A stretch of 64,000 nucleotides of DNA from an uncultured Candidatus Binatia bacterium (GTDB taxonomy: Bacteria > Desulfobacterota > Binatia > UBA9968 > JAJDTQ01), in NCBI GenBank assembly GCA_965204505.1, contig CBDBFB010000004.1, forward strand, positions 235,449 to 299,448, given 5' to 3'. A program made the translations under genes and the position numbers. The stretch's first letter is position 1. Every line of letters starts with the position of its first letter. Below the pieces are notes generated by a model that saw only the letters and a list, made by a program, of their open reading frames with translations, had not been told where the DNA came from and did not search any database. This document shows positions 17,901 through 27,188 of the stretch, piece after piece.

Positions 17901-19202
17901 CTAGTACGGCCGGCAGAGGCGGTCGCGGCCGCCCCAGATGTCGATGCCGCCGGCGATGACGTCGCGGGCTTCCATGGTCAAGGGGTCGCCGGCGGCCACG
18001 TAGGGGGCGCCGGGGTAGCCGATGAGTTGCAGCTGGTCGTAGGCGCCTACCACGCGGTCGGCCGCGGGCAGTTCCACGACGATGTCGCGGTTGCCGGTGC
18101 TGATCACGGCGTCCGCCTCCTTCTCGTAGTAGAGCAGCGGAGCGTCCGCGCCGTCCTTGCCGCCGTACTCGTAGGTGACGAGGACGGTCTTGATGCCTTT
18201 CTCCTCGCAGCCTTTCACCGTCAGCATGACCTCGATGAAAGCGTTGCCCGACCCGGTGCGGGTGATCAGGGCGGCGTCGGCGCCCAGGGACATGGCCACC
18301 CGCACGGCGTTGTGGGCGGCGATCTCCTTTTCGCGGGAGGTCTCGAAGCCGATGCGCTGGAGGATGACCCCCGCGCATCGGTAGCGCTTGTCGCGCAGGA
18401 GCCCCAGCACTAGGGGCTGGTGTTGCCAGTTCCAGGTGATGGGGTGGTAGCTGACGGTGCGGATGGTGCTGGGGGTGATGGCGCCGTCGGTCAGCTCGTT
18501 GGGATGGATTACCGTGGACAGCGATTCTTGCACCGGGAAGCCGTAGTAGGCGACGTTGGACGGCCGGTTGTCGGGTTCGGTGAACACGCCGATGATGACC
18601 ACGGCGCACGGGAGATCGTCTCCGGCGGCGTCGGGGTCGTGGATTTCCATGCTGTCGGGCGCAAGCCCCGTGGTGGTCTCGGCCAGGCGTAGCGCCGTGC
18701 CGAACTCCGCATGCTGGATGGCCTGATGCGCCTCGTAGGCGGACAGTCCGTCCTCCAGGTCCAGGGTCATGACCAGGTTGTTCAGGGAGCTGAACGGAGT
18801 CATGTCGGCGCCCGGTCCCCACATGTCCAGGATGGCGCTGCGCTGGGCGGTGGTGCCGGTGCGGACGGTGCCCTCGTAGGCGACCGCGGTGACCAGCGCC
18901 ATGCCCGACAGCCGGTGGGTGCGGCCTTGGCCGACGGGGGCAACCGGCCCCAGGATTCCTGGAAATACCTGTCCGGTGCCGGAGGTCTTGATGCGCGGCT
19001 CCACCACGTCGCGGATGCCGGTGACCCGCGCCTTCTCGCCGGGGCGCACGACGTCGAAGGCGGCGGAGCGCACGCGGGGATCCTGCTCCGCCAGGGCGGC
19101 GAGCGCGTCGGCGTCCACCTCCAACGCGCCGGAGTCATAGCGCGTCTCCCGGCCGAGGCGGATCTCGCGCACGCGGTACTCTGCCAATTCAAGGGCTGTC
19201 AT
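17901..19202 (-). CDS. Glycine/sarcosine/betaine reductase component-B (GrdB/PrdB)-like family protein, Cys (non-selenocysteine) form
   Basis: 433 aa; C-terminal block TVKGCEEKGIKTVLVTYEYGG... resembles Gly_reductase family; no in-frame TGA so no selenocysteine; family assignment from memory only. Confidence 0.4.
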   Translation of the reverse strand: MTALELAEYRVREIRLGRETRYDSGALEVDADALAALAEQDPRVRSAAFDVVRPGEKARVTGIRDVVEPRIKTSGTGQVFPGILGPVAPVGQGRTHRLSGMALVTAVAYEGTVRTGTTAQRSAILDMWGPGADMTPFSSLNNLVMTLDLEDGLSAYEAHQAIQHAEFGTALRLAETTTGLAPDSMEIHDPDAAGDDLPCAVVIIGVFTEPDNRPSNVAYYGFPVQESLSTVIHPNELTDGAITPSTIRTVSYHPITWNWQHQPLVLGLLRDKRYRCAGVILQRIGFETSREKEIAAHNAVRVAMSLGADAALITRTGSGNAFIEVMLTVKGCEEKGIKTVLVTYEYGGKDGADAPLLYYEKEADAVISTGNRDIVVELPAADRVVGAYDQLQLIGYPGAPYVAAGDPLTMEARDVIAGGIDIWGGRDRLCRPY

Positions 19203-19297
19203 AGTTGATTCCCGCGTCCGTCATTCGCGCGGAACGGGCTGTGTCGTGTGCAAGCCCATTCGCCCTGGGAGAGGGTGGCCGAAGCACCCTCACCCCA

Positions 19298-19319
19298 ACC
19301 CTCTCCCAGAGGGAGAGGG
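19298..19319. repeat. Family D palindrome (accctctcccagagggagaggg)
   Basis: Perfect palindrome ccctctccc-aga-gggagaggg; second copy at 46851-46877 with shared flanks ggcc..caccctc; yields spurious NPLPEGEGV peptide. Confidence 0.7.
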
Positions 19320-19371
19320 GGTTTCTTGCCATTCCAGAGGAGAGGGGGTTCGCTGCCATTCCACGCCGGCG

Positions 19372-20130
19372 TCAGTGCATGTGCTGGCCGCCGTCCACGC
19401 TGATGGACTGGCCGGTGACGAAGTCGCTGTCGTCGGAGGACAGGAAGATGACCGTGCCGACGAGGTCGTCCGGGTACTGGTCGCGCTGGAACGCGCGGCT
19501 CTTGCGCCGGTTTTCCAGTTGCTGGGGGGTGGTGACGCCGTCCTGGTTGTCGCTCGATATGGTGAGGCCGGGCATGATGGCGTTGACGCTGATCCCGTCG
19601 GGTCCGATCTCGCGCGCCAGCGCGCGGGTGAATCCCAGCACGCCGGCCTTGGAGGTGACGTAGTGCAGGAACATCGGCGTCCCGCCCAGGATCGTGCCCG
19701 AGGAGATGTTGATGATCTTGCCCTTGCCCTGCTCCTTCATGGCCGGATAGACCGCCTGCACGCACAGGTGCAGGCCCTTGACGTTCACCGCCATGACCCG
19801 GTCCCACTCGTCCTCGCCGATCTCCATGAAGGACTTCTTGGTGAGCGCGGTGTACAGGGCCGCGTTGTTCACCAGGACGTCGATGCGGCCGTAGGCCTTC
19901 AGCACCGCGTCCGCCATCTCGCGGGTCTTCTCGGGGGATGCCACGTCCACCGCCACCGGGATGGCGTCGCCGCCGTCCTTCTTGATCTCCTCCGCCACCT
20001 GGCTGGCGGCCTCCACCTGGATGTCGGCTACGGCGACCTTGGCGCCTTCCTTTGCCAGCCCCTTGGAATAGGCGCGGCCGATGCCGACGCCGCCGCCCGT
20101 TACGATCGCCACCTTACCGTCCAAACGCAT
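19372..20130 (-). CDS. SDR-family oxidoreductase
   Basis: MRLDGKVAIVTGGGVGIGRA (TGxxxGxG) and YxxxK (YVTSKAG) motifs; ATG 20128-20130 after GGAGG; long N-terminal extension in ORF track rejected. Confidence 0.85.
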   Translation of the reverse strand: MRLDGKVAIVTGGGVGIGRAYSKGLAKEGAKVAVADIQVEAASQVAEEIKKDGGDAIPVAVDVASPEKTREMADAVLKAYGRIDVLVNNAALYTALTKKSFMEIGEDEWDRVMAVNVKGLHLCVQAVYPAMKEQGKGKIINISSGTILGGTPMFLHYVTSKAGVLGFTRALAREIGPDGISVNAIMPGLTISSDNQDGVTTPQQLENRRKSRAFQRDQYPDDLVGTVIFLSSDDSDFVTGQSISVDGGQHMH

Positions 20131-20178
20131 GGTTGAATCCTCCTTTGATTGTGCCTGTGTTCCCCGCCCGCACCCAAC

Positions 20179-20207
20179 CTGGATTCCGGCTTTCGCCGGA
20201 ATGACGG
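20179..20207. repeat. Family A hairpin core (ctggattccggctttcgccggaatgacgg)
   Basis: Identical core to 1643-1670 and 48592-48620. Confidence 0.75.
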
Positions 20208-20257
20208 ATTCAGGAAATGGTAGGGATCTTCGTATCAGATAATGCCCTGCCTGTTCC

Positions 20258-21178
20258 CTACAGCCCATACAACTCCACCGCCGTCTTCCACAGCACCTGC
20301 TCCACGTCTTCTTCCGAGATGCCGCACTCCCTGACGACCTTGATCCTTGCCGGGTACAGCGGCTCCGGCACTTCGATGCACCTCCACGTCGGCGACCAGT
20401 CGGTGCCGAACATGATGCGGTCCGCGCCGATGGTCTCCACCGCCCGGCGCAGGTGTTCGGCCGTGGTGGAGGTCGTATCGAAATACACGTTGGGGTTGCG
20501 CATGGCAACGATCAGCGCCGATTCGAAGTAGTGCTGGATGGCGCGCCCCATCTTGGTGAGGACGATGGGGACGTCGGGATAACGCCCGGCGATCTCGTCC
20601 ACGTAGATGGGGTCGGCGTAGTACATGCGGCCGGGGAACTGGGTCCAGCCGGTGGCGATCAGCAGCGGCACTCGGTAGTTCGCCAGGGTCTCCATGATGG
20701 GCCGCAGGTCGTCGGCGATCTTGACCGGATGCGTCTCTGTGGTGAAAGGGCCGCCGTGGGATTCGCCGATGCCCTTGAAGCCCAGCCGCTCGATGCGGTC
20801 CGCGATCTGCGCCGGCGCGGCCTCGCGCAGCGCTGGCGCGTTCTCCCACACGCCGTTCCCCGAATAGTCCTCGCCCAGGCTCGCCAGCCCGTACAGCCGG
20901 TCCGGATACCGCGCCACCGCCGCCGCGGTCTTCCCGTCCTTCTCGTCCGGGCTGTCGCAACTGCCGGTGGTCATGATCAGCGCCTTGTCCACGCCGTACC
21001 GGTCCATGTCGGCGATCAGCTCGTCCACGTAGTCCACCAGCGGCTCGGTGTCCCGAGCCCGGTACAGCTCGGGATGGTTGCGGCGGAAGCCTATGAGGTC
21101 CGGGATGCTGCGTATCTTGTCGCGCAGGTCCCGGTAGGCGGGCGGCCCGAAGGGATGGCAATGGACCTCGACGATCAT
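20258..21178 (-). CDS. Amidohydrolase-2 family protein
   Basis: N-terminal EVHCHPF and FGTDW near C-terminus; ATG 21176-21178. Confidence 0.8.
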   Translation of the reverse strand: MIVEVHCHPFGPPAYRDLRDKIRSIPDLIGFRRNHPELYRARDTEPLVDYVDELIADMDRYGVDKALIMTTGSCDSPDEKDGKTAAAVARYPDRLYGLASLGEDYSGNGVWENAPALREAAPAQIADRIERLGFKGIGESHGGPFTTETHPVKIADDLRPIMETLANYRVPLLIATGWTQFPGRMYYADPIYVDEIAGRYPDVPIVLTKMGRAIQHYFESALIVAMRNPNVYFDTTSTTAEHLRRAVETIGADRIMFGTDWSPTWRCIEVPEPLYPARIKVVRECGISEEDVEQVLWKTAVELYGL

Positions 21179-21218
21179 GCGCGTCCTTCGCTGTCCGCCC
21201 GCCTCAGCCTGGAGGCGG

Positions 21219-22262
21219 TCACTGTTTCGGCACCAGGATGCTCCTCAACCTGGCCATCAGCTCGGCGTCGAGCTGGAAGAACTCGTTCACCGCCTCGGCG
21301 ACCCGGGGGCCGGGAATGGGGTTGATGATGAGCCTGGACTTCTTCGCCTCGGCCAGCAGTTGTGGGTCCTTGAAGGTGTCGGCGAAGGCCTTGCGCAGGA
21401 GTTCCACGCGGTCCTTCGGCGTGCCCGGAGGCAGCGAGAAGGCCCGCAGGATCTCGTGGGCGTTGCGGCCCACCACGCCGGCCAGTTGCCGCTGCGCGTC
21501 GTTCTTGGCGTATTCCAGGAGGTTCGGGACGTTGGGGAAACTGGGGTGCCTTCCGACGCCCACCTGGATCACGAAGTTCAGCTCTCCCGCGGGGATCCGC
21601 TTCGGCCAGTACGAAAAGATGACGTCGGGGCTCCAGCAGCCGCCCATGACCTCCCGCTTCTCGATGGCCAGGCGGATCCTGGCGGCGCCGCCGTAGCCCT
21701 CGATCAGTTGGAGGGGAACCCCCGTGATGTTTACGAGCAACCTGGGAATGTCCGAGATGGAGCTGCCCGGTCCCATGCCGCCGAGCTTGAGCGGCTTCTT
21801 GGCCGCGAGCCATTCGTCCATGTTGGTGATGCCGCTGTCCTTGGCCACGATGCACGCCGTGTAGCTGGGCTTGGGGACGGTGATCCAGTTGAACTTCCGG
21901 GCATCGAACTTGACCCGCTTGTTCCCCAACACCTGCTGCAGCACCAGGGTCCCCACCCAGTGGCCGATGGTCAGGCCGTCCGGCTTGGCCTTGTTGTACA
22001 TGTAGTTGGCGGCGATGAGGTTGCCGGCCCCGGTCATGCTGGTCACCAGCGTCCTGGGAGTCCCGGGTATATGCTTGGGGAGGTGCCGGGCCACCAGCCG
22101 TGCGTAAGTATCGAAGCCCCCGCCAGGGGCGGAGCCCACGATGATGCGGATGGTCTTGCCCTTGTAGAAATCAGCGGCGGCCGCCGCGGTGGCGGTCATG
22201 CAGACGAAGGCAATGCCCAAGGCAAGGGCGATTCGGAGCACGGAAACACGATTGGGTCGCAT
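21219..22262 (-). CDS. TctC/Bug-like periplasmic substrate-binding protein (tripartite tricarboxylate transporter family), paralog 1
   Basis: Signal peptide then KTIRIIVGSAPGGGFDTYARL motif; ATG at 22260-22262 after AGGAGG (the 8-aa extension to 22286 rejected); two paralogs at 40769 and 45252. Confidence 0.6.
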   Translation of the reverse strand: MRPNRVSVLRIALALGIAFVCMTATAAAAADFYKGKTIRIIVGSAPGGGFDTYARLVARHLPKHIPGTPRTLVTSMTGAGNLIAANYMYNKAKPDGLTIGHWVGTLVLQQVLGNKRVKFDARKFNWITVPKPSYTACIVAKDSGITNMDEWLAAKKPLKLGGMGPGSSISDIPRLLVNITGVPLQLIEGYGGAARIRLAIEKREVMGGCWSPDVIFSYWPKRIPAGELNFVIQVGVGRHPSFPNVPNLLEYAKNDAQRQLAGVVGRNAHEILRAFSLPPGTPKDRVELLRKAFADTFKDPQLLAEAKKSRLIINPIPGPRVAEAVNEFFQLDAELMARLRSILVPKQ

Positions 22263-22302
22263 GGTCTTTCCTCCTGTGTAACGCAACGGCGTCGACCGGC
22301 CC

Positions 22303-22884
22303 TCAGGCCGGAGATTTCGGTTCGTCAGGCATCACGAGCCGGCAGTGTACGGCTTCCGCCAGCAGATCGGTGATCAGGAACGCCTCCTGCAAGTCGCGTC
22401 CGCGGGCGACCGTGCCGTGGTCCCGCAGGATCACCACCGGGTGATGGCGCAACTGCTCGGCCACCGGTGCGGGGTCCGCGACCGTCGGGCCGTCGTGTGG
22501 GATCACCGGCACCCGGCCCAGACTATACTCCTCTTCGAAGCTCAACGGTACGAATTCGTCGCGGCCGCGGCAATAGGCGATGATCTCCGCCGGATGCACG
22601 TGGACCACCGCCCGGGCGTCGGTGGCCGCGTACACGGCCAGGTGGAGCGGGGTTTCGCTCGAAGGGCGCTGCTTTGGATTCAAGGCCTTGCCGCGAGCGT
22701 TGATCTCGACGACATCCTTCGTGCTCAGGAACCCCAGCGCGGCGTGCTGACCGGTGATCAGGTAGCGGCTCCGGCCGTAGCGGCAACTCAGGTTGCCGCC
22801 CCAACCGCTCACCAGACGGCGCTCGAACAGCTTCTCGCCCCATCGGATGATCTCGGCACGCGATCCTTTCGAACGCTCCGGCAT
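22303..22884 (-). CDS. Class II aldolase/adducin-family protein (fuculose-1-P aldolase / MtnB-like)
   Basis: GNLSCR...YLITG and HVHP metal-binding motifs; ATG 22882-22884. Confidence 0.75.
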   Translation of the reverse strand: MPERSKGSRAEIIRWGEKLFERRLVSGWGGNLSCRYGRSRYLITGQHAALGFLSTKDVVEINARGKALNPKQRPSSETPLHLAVYAATDARAVVHVHPAEIIAYCRGRDEFVPLSFEEEYSLGRVPVIPHDGPTVADPAPVAEQLRHHPVVILRDHGTVARGRDLQEAFLITDLLAEAVHCRLVMPDEPKSPA

Positions 22885-22956
22885 GGCTCCGTTCAGTCCT
22901 GCCTGACGGACTTCCAAGAAATTTGTACGGGCGCCCTTCGACTTCGCTCCGCCACG

Positions 22957-22980
22957 CCTGTCCTGAGCCTGTCGAAGGGC
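22957..22980. repeat. Family B repeat core (cctgtcctgagcctgtcgaagggc)
   Basis: Preceded by gcgcccttcgacttcgctccgcc matching left arm of 7401-7451. Confidence 0.7.
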
Positions 22981-23010
22981 GCCATCTTGCTCGGCGGCAA
23001 TTGATCAGAG

Positions 23011-23051
23011 TTTCCCTAATACGAAACCCGCGGTTCGCCAAATCCGCGGGT
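23011..23051 (-). terminator. Putative intrinsic terminator downstream of nucleoside phosphorylase-like gene
   Basis: Hairpin acccgcgg-N10-ccgcgggt immediately after stop, followed on minus strand by UUUCGUAUU. Confidence 0.35.
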
Positions 23052-23785
23052 CAGAGCCACTCCACCGCCTTGAGGGCGATCGCCATGATCCGCTCCTCGG
23101 CGTCGCGGAACGACGGGTGGCGGAAACCCAGCCTGCCGGTGAGGCATTCGTCCGAGACCGCCAGGATCGCTCCCGCCCTGGCGTTCCGAACCTGGGCCAC
23201 GGTCAGAAACGCGGAGGTCACCATGTCGATGGCCGTGATCCCCTCCCGCTCCAGGCCGGCTAGTAGTTCCGGCGTCTCCCGGAACAGCGCATCGGTGGTG
23301 AATACCCGGCCGTGGTGCACCGGAACCCCGAGGCTTTCGGCCGCCCGCGCGAGCGCCTCCACCACCCGCGGGTGGGGGAGGGTGGCGAAGTCTTCCGGGA
23401 CGTAGCGCGGGCTGGCGCCGTCGCCGCGGACCGCGCCGGTGGTGATGACGATGTCGCCGAGCTTCACCGCCTCCTGAAGCGAGCCGCAGCTCCCCACCCG
23501 CACCAGGGTCTCCACTCCGCCGGCGCACAGCAGCTCCGTGGTGATGGCCGACTCTGCGGCGTAGCGCCCGCCGTTGCCCACGGTGACGCGGTGGGAGCCC
23601 AGCGAGCCCGTGTACATCTCGTGGTCCTTCGAGGCGAAAGCCTTCCGAGGCGCCTCCAGCGCGCGCCGCAGCTTCGCGGCGCGGTCCCGGGGGCCGGGAA
23701 CCAGCGCGACCCTGCCGAGACAACCGGGCTTGAAACCCAGCCGGGACAGCATCTTCTCCGCGGTGATGTGGGGCTCGCTTCTCAT
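23051..23785 (-). CDS. Nucleoside phosphorylase (PNP/UDP/MTAP family-1 fold)
   Basis: 244 aa with RVGSCGSL and GDIVITTGAVR blocks typical of PNP_UDP_1; start ATG overlaps addA-like stop (ATGA). Confidence 0.7.
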   Translation of the reverse strand: MRSEPHITAEKMLSRLGFKPGCLGRVALVPGPRDRAAKLRRALEAPRKAFASKDHEMYTGSLGSHRVTVGNGGRYAAESAITTELLCAGGVETLVRVGSCGSLQEAVKLGDIVITTGAVRGDGASPRYVPEDFATLPHPRVVEALARAAESLGVPVHHGRVFTTDALFRETPELLAGLEREGITAIDMVTSAFLTVAQVRNARAGAILAVSDECLTGRLGFRHPSFRDAEERIMAIALKAVEWL

Positions 23786-26700
23786 GGCTCCGTGCCGGCA
23801 ATCCCGGGGGGCACTTCCACGCCGCGGCCGAGCCGCAACAGCAGCAGCTTGAACCCGGCCACGTCCCGGCCGAGGGTGCGCCGCACGGCCTCGGTGTAGA
23901 TCCGCGCTTGGTGGCGGTAGTCATGCATGATTCGGTCGATGTCGCCGTCGGTCACCTGGTCGGTCTTGTAGTCGGCCACGTACAGTTGCCCGTCCCGCTC
24001 GTAGACCACGTCGATGACGCCTTCCATGATCTGCCCGTTCCAGGGCATGACGAAGTGCATCTCCCGCCCCAGGATTTGCGCGGATCGCAGCTCGTCGTAG
24101 ACGGCGGACTCGGTCAGGGTGGTCCAGATGTCCTTCAACTCCCGGGCGACGGTTTGCTGTCGCGCTGCCGGGAGGTCGGCGCCATGTCTGGCGATAGCCT
24201 GGTCGAGGTCTTCCTTGACGCGGTTGGTCTCGAAGTCCCAATGTTCCAGCACCCGGTGGGCCAGCGTGCCGAGCATCCGCGCGGCGTCGCGCTCCAGGCC
24301 GCCGCCGCGCGCTCGGTCCGTGTCGATCTCTTCCACCTCGCCGGCGGCCTTGAGGCGGGTAGGAGTGAGGAACAGAGGGGTCTGGCGGCGGGTTTTGCAG
24401 TCATCCCATCGCCGGTGCCACATCTCCTCGTACCAAGTCCAGTCACCCGCATCCTGCGCCGCTTTCCGCCGGCCGCCTTTTGCCGCGCCATCCTCCACCA
24501 CCACTTCGACTTCCATCTCACCCGTGCCGCAAGGGACAATGCCCGGCCCGGCCTGCGCGAGGCTGACGCCCGTCGCCTCATCCAGCATGGACAGCAGGCT
24601 GTCGCTCCGCGCCTTCACCTCGCCCTCGGAGGCGAAGGAAATCACCAACCGTTCACGCGGCCGGGTCATGGCCACGTACAGAAGCCGGCTGCGTTCGTAC
24701 GCCTCCCGGTCGCGACGTTTCGCATCGAGAAAGACGCCGGCGAGGCTCGATACCTCTCCGATGCGCAGGCCGGCCAATCCCGTGGCCCAGTCCCGCCGCA
24801 CCTCGACCTCCGGGGAGCGGTTGCCGCCGGTGCCGCCCAGGGCGTCGACCAGCACCACCATGGGGAACTCCAGGCCCTTGGCCCGGTGGATGCTCATGAT
24901 CCTCACGGCGTCCAGGGTCTCTTCCTCCAGCGGGCTCTCGGGCTCGTTGTCCCTTTCCAAGACCCGGCGTTCCAACTCGGCGACCACGTCCTTCAGCGTC
25001 CCGCTACCTTCGGAGCCGGTCTCCTCGGCCACGAGGCGTATCTTCTCCAGGTTGGCAACCGCCTGCTGGCCCGCCCCCGTGCTCGCCGCCAGGACGGACA
25101 GCGGCAGCTCCCGGAAGACCCGCTCCACCGCCTGTCCGGCCTCGAGGAAGCGCGCCTCGCGGTGCAGGCGATGGAGCCGCTGGTAGAGATCCAGGGTCGC
25201 CCTGGGAAGGTCCACCCAGCGGGGGTCGGCCGCCAGGCGGTAGCTGAGAAGCCTCTTCCGGCTCAACTCGTAGATCTCGACGTCGTCGTGTCCGCCCAGC
25301 GGCGAGCGCAGCACGCCCACCAGCGCCAAGCGGTCGTGGGGGTTGTCGATGGCTCGCAGCAGATTGACGGCGTCGACGACTTCCTGGGTGGCGTAGAAGT
25401 CGCGCTCGCCTTCCACCACGTAGCCGATGTCCCGCCGGCGCAGCGCGTCCAGGTAGACCTGCACGTTGGTGAGGGCGCGCAGGAGAAAGGCGACGTGGCC
25501 AGGCCGCGCCGGCACGAGGTCACCGTCCCGGTCGTGGAAGTGGACACGGCCCACGACTTCCTCGTCGAGCCAGCGGGCCAGGGATTCCGCCTCCAGCCGG
25601 CGCCCCGCGTCGGCGTTGAGCTTGTGCCCCGTGGCCGTTGCCCGGCGCAGTCGCACCGGCCCTGGCGCGTGAACGGAAGTTGCCTCCGAGGCGCTGTCGA
25701 CGCCGGGCTGGAGCGCGATGTACTCCGGTTGAAGGCCGGGCCGTTCCCGGATCAGGTTCGAGAAGACACCGTTCACCACGTCCAGGATACGGGGGTGGCT
25801 GCGGAAGTTGGCGGTCAACGGGTAGCGGGTCCCGCCCTGGGCCTCGATCACTTCCTGGATGACCTTCAGGTAGGCTTCGATGTCGGCGCCGCGGAACCCG
25901 TAGATGGACTGCTTGGGGTCTCCCACCACGAAGAGCTTGTCGGCGGCCAGTCGGATGTCGCGCCAGGTTGCCGCGAGCCGGGAGCGCTCCTCGCACAGCC
26001 ACAGCAGGATCTCGTACTGGAGCGGGTCGGTGTCCTGGAACTCGTCCACCAGGATGGCCTTGTAGCGGTCCTTCAATTCTTCGCGGATGCGCGGGTGGTC
26101 GCGCAGGAGGTCGCGCGCGCGCACGAGCAGGCCGTCGAAGGTCACCAGGCCCTTGCGGGCGAAGTCCGCGCGGCATTGCCGGGCAAAGGGCGTCACGAGG
26201 GCGCAGAGCCGGCCGGTCTCCTCGTAGTCGACCTGGACCAGCGCGCTCGCGGCCTTCAGAAGTGTGGCGGCGCGGTCGAGATCATCCCCGTTCCACCCTT
26301 TCACGCGGGACGGTTTCCATTGCAGAAGGCTCGATTCGTCGGCGTCCACCGAAACGGGTGCCGCGGGATTCGCTCGGATCGACCGTACCACCTTCCGCGC
26401 CACCGCCAGCGCCCGTTCGTTTTTCCGTTGTTCCGGGTGACGCGTGATGAGATCGGTCACGGTTTCTTCCAGCCCGCCCAGCCACTCCGCAAGGATGTCG
26501 GCCGGGTCACCGGATAACCCGGCGCGCGGAATTCCTTCCAGGTCGACGTTCTCGGCGCACAGGCCCAGCGCCAGCTCCCCGATCCGCTCAAGGGGAAAGC
26601 GCGCGAGCACGTGCTTCCACTCCTCGGTCCTCGGCCCCGCGCTGGACAGCTCGCCGTCGAGCCACAGGCCCCAGGCGGTGTCGAAGTGCCTCGTCAGAAG

Positions 26701-27171
26701 CCGTTCGTCGCCCTCGCGGAACCCCGGGTCGAGTCCGGTCTCCAGGGGGTAGAGCCGCAGCAGCGACGCGGCGAACCCGTGGATAGTGCCGATCTGGGCC
26801 TGCTCCAGGTGTCGCAGCGCCGAGTCGGCGCGGCCGCGCACGTCGTCAGGCGCGAGTCCGTAGCGTCCGCACAGGGCCTCGATCTCGTCGGCCCCGCCGT
26901 CCTGCCGCGGGGGCGCGGCCCCGTGCTCGGCGAGCACTTCCAGCCGGTCGCGCAAACGCGCCTTCATCTCGTTGGCCGCCTTGTTGGTGAAGGTCAGGGC
27001 CACGATCTCGGTCATGGCCACGGGCGCCGGCTCGCGCATCAGCAGGTTCACGCAGCGCTCCACCAGCAGGGTCGTCTTACCGGTGCCGGCCGCCGCGGTT
27101 ACCACCACGTTGCGGTCGAAGGTGGTGGAGGCCAGGCGGCGTTCGCTGTCGTCGGTAGGCGGAGGAGTCAT
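23782..27171 (-). CDS. addA: AddA/UvrD-like ATP-dependent helicase with C-terminal PD-(D/E)XK nuclease
   Basis: Walker A AAAGTGKTTL near N-terminus, UvrD motifs, C-terminal VDVVYERDGQLYVADYKTD nuclease motif; ATG 27169-27171 after GGGAGG. Confidence 0.8.
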   Translation of the reverse strand: MTPPPTDDSERRLASTTFDRNVVVTAAAGTGKTTLLVERCVNLLMREPAPVAMTEIVALTFTNKAANEMKARLRDRLEVLAEHGAAPPRQDGGADEIEALCGRYGLAPDDVRGRADSALRHLEQAQIGTIHGFAASLLRLYPLETGLDPGFREGDERLLTRHFDTAWGLWLDGELSSAGPRTEEWKHVLARFPLERIGELALGLCAENVDLEGIPRAGLSGDPADILAEWLGGLEETVTDLITRHPEQRKNERALAVARKVVRSIRANPAAPVSVDADESSLLQWKPSRVKGWNGDDLDRAATLLKAASALVQVDYEETGRLCALVTPFARQCRADFARKGLVTFDGLLVRARDLLRDHPRIREELKDRYKAILVDEFQDTDPLQYEILLWLCEERSRLAATWRDIRLAADKLFVVGDPKQSIYGFRGADIEAYLKVIQEVIEAQGGTRYPLTANFRSHPRILDVVNGVFSNLIRERPGLQPEYIALQPGVDSASEATSVHAPGPVRLRRATATGHKLNADAGRRLEAESLARWLDEEVVGRVHFHDRDGDLVPARPGHVAFLLRALTNVQVYLDALRRRDIGYVVEGERDFYATQEVVDAVNLLRAIDNPHDRLALVGVLRSPLGGHDDVEIYELSRKRLLSYRLAADPRWVDLPRATLDLYQRLHRLHREARFLEAGQAVERVFRELPLSVLAASTGAGQQAVANLEKIRLVAEETGSEGSGTLKDVVAELERRVLERDNEPESPLEEETLDAVRIMSIHRAKGLEFPMVVLVDALGGTGGNRSPEVEVRRDWATGLAGLRIGEVSSLAGVFLDAKRRDREAYERSRLLYVAMTRPRERLVISFASEGEVKARSDSLLSMLDEATGVSLAQAGPGIVPCGTGEMEVEVVVEDGAAKGGRRKAAQDAGDWTWYEEMWHRRWDDCKTRRQTPLFLTPTRLKAAGEVEEIDTDRARGGGLERDAARMLGTLAHRVLEHWDFETNRVKEDLDQAIARHGADLPAARQQTVARELKDIWTTLTESAVYDELRSAQILGREMHFVMPWNGQIMEGVIDVVYERDGQLYVADYKTDQVTDGDIDRIMHDYRHQARIYTEAVRRTLGRDVAGFKLLLLRLGRGVEVPPGIAGTEP

Positions 27172-27188
27172 GACGTCCCGGCCTCCCG

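Noticed and set aside
17901-19202. Selenocysteine (TGA recoding) in the GrdB-like gene
   Set aside because: The ORF is continuous with no in-frame TGA and I could not see a SECIS-like hairpin. It is treated as a Cys-type homolog.
22303-23785. Methionine-salvage pair (MtnB-like aldolase plus MTA phosphorylase)
   Set aside because: The phosphorylase has the PNP/UDP family-1 fold rather than the MtnP type, and a terminator-like hairpin separates the two genes. The functional link is too speculative to report as a finding.
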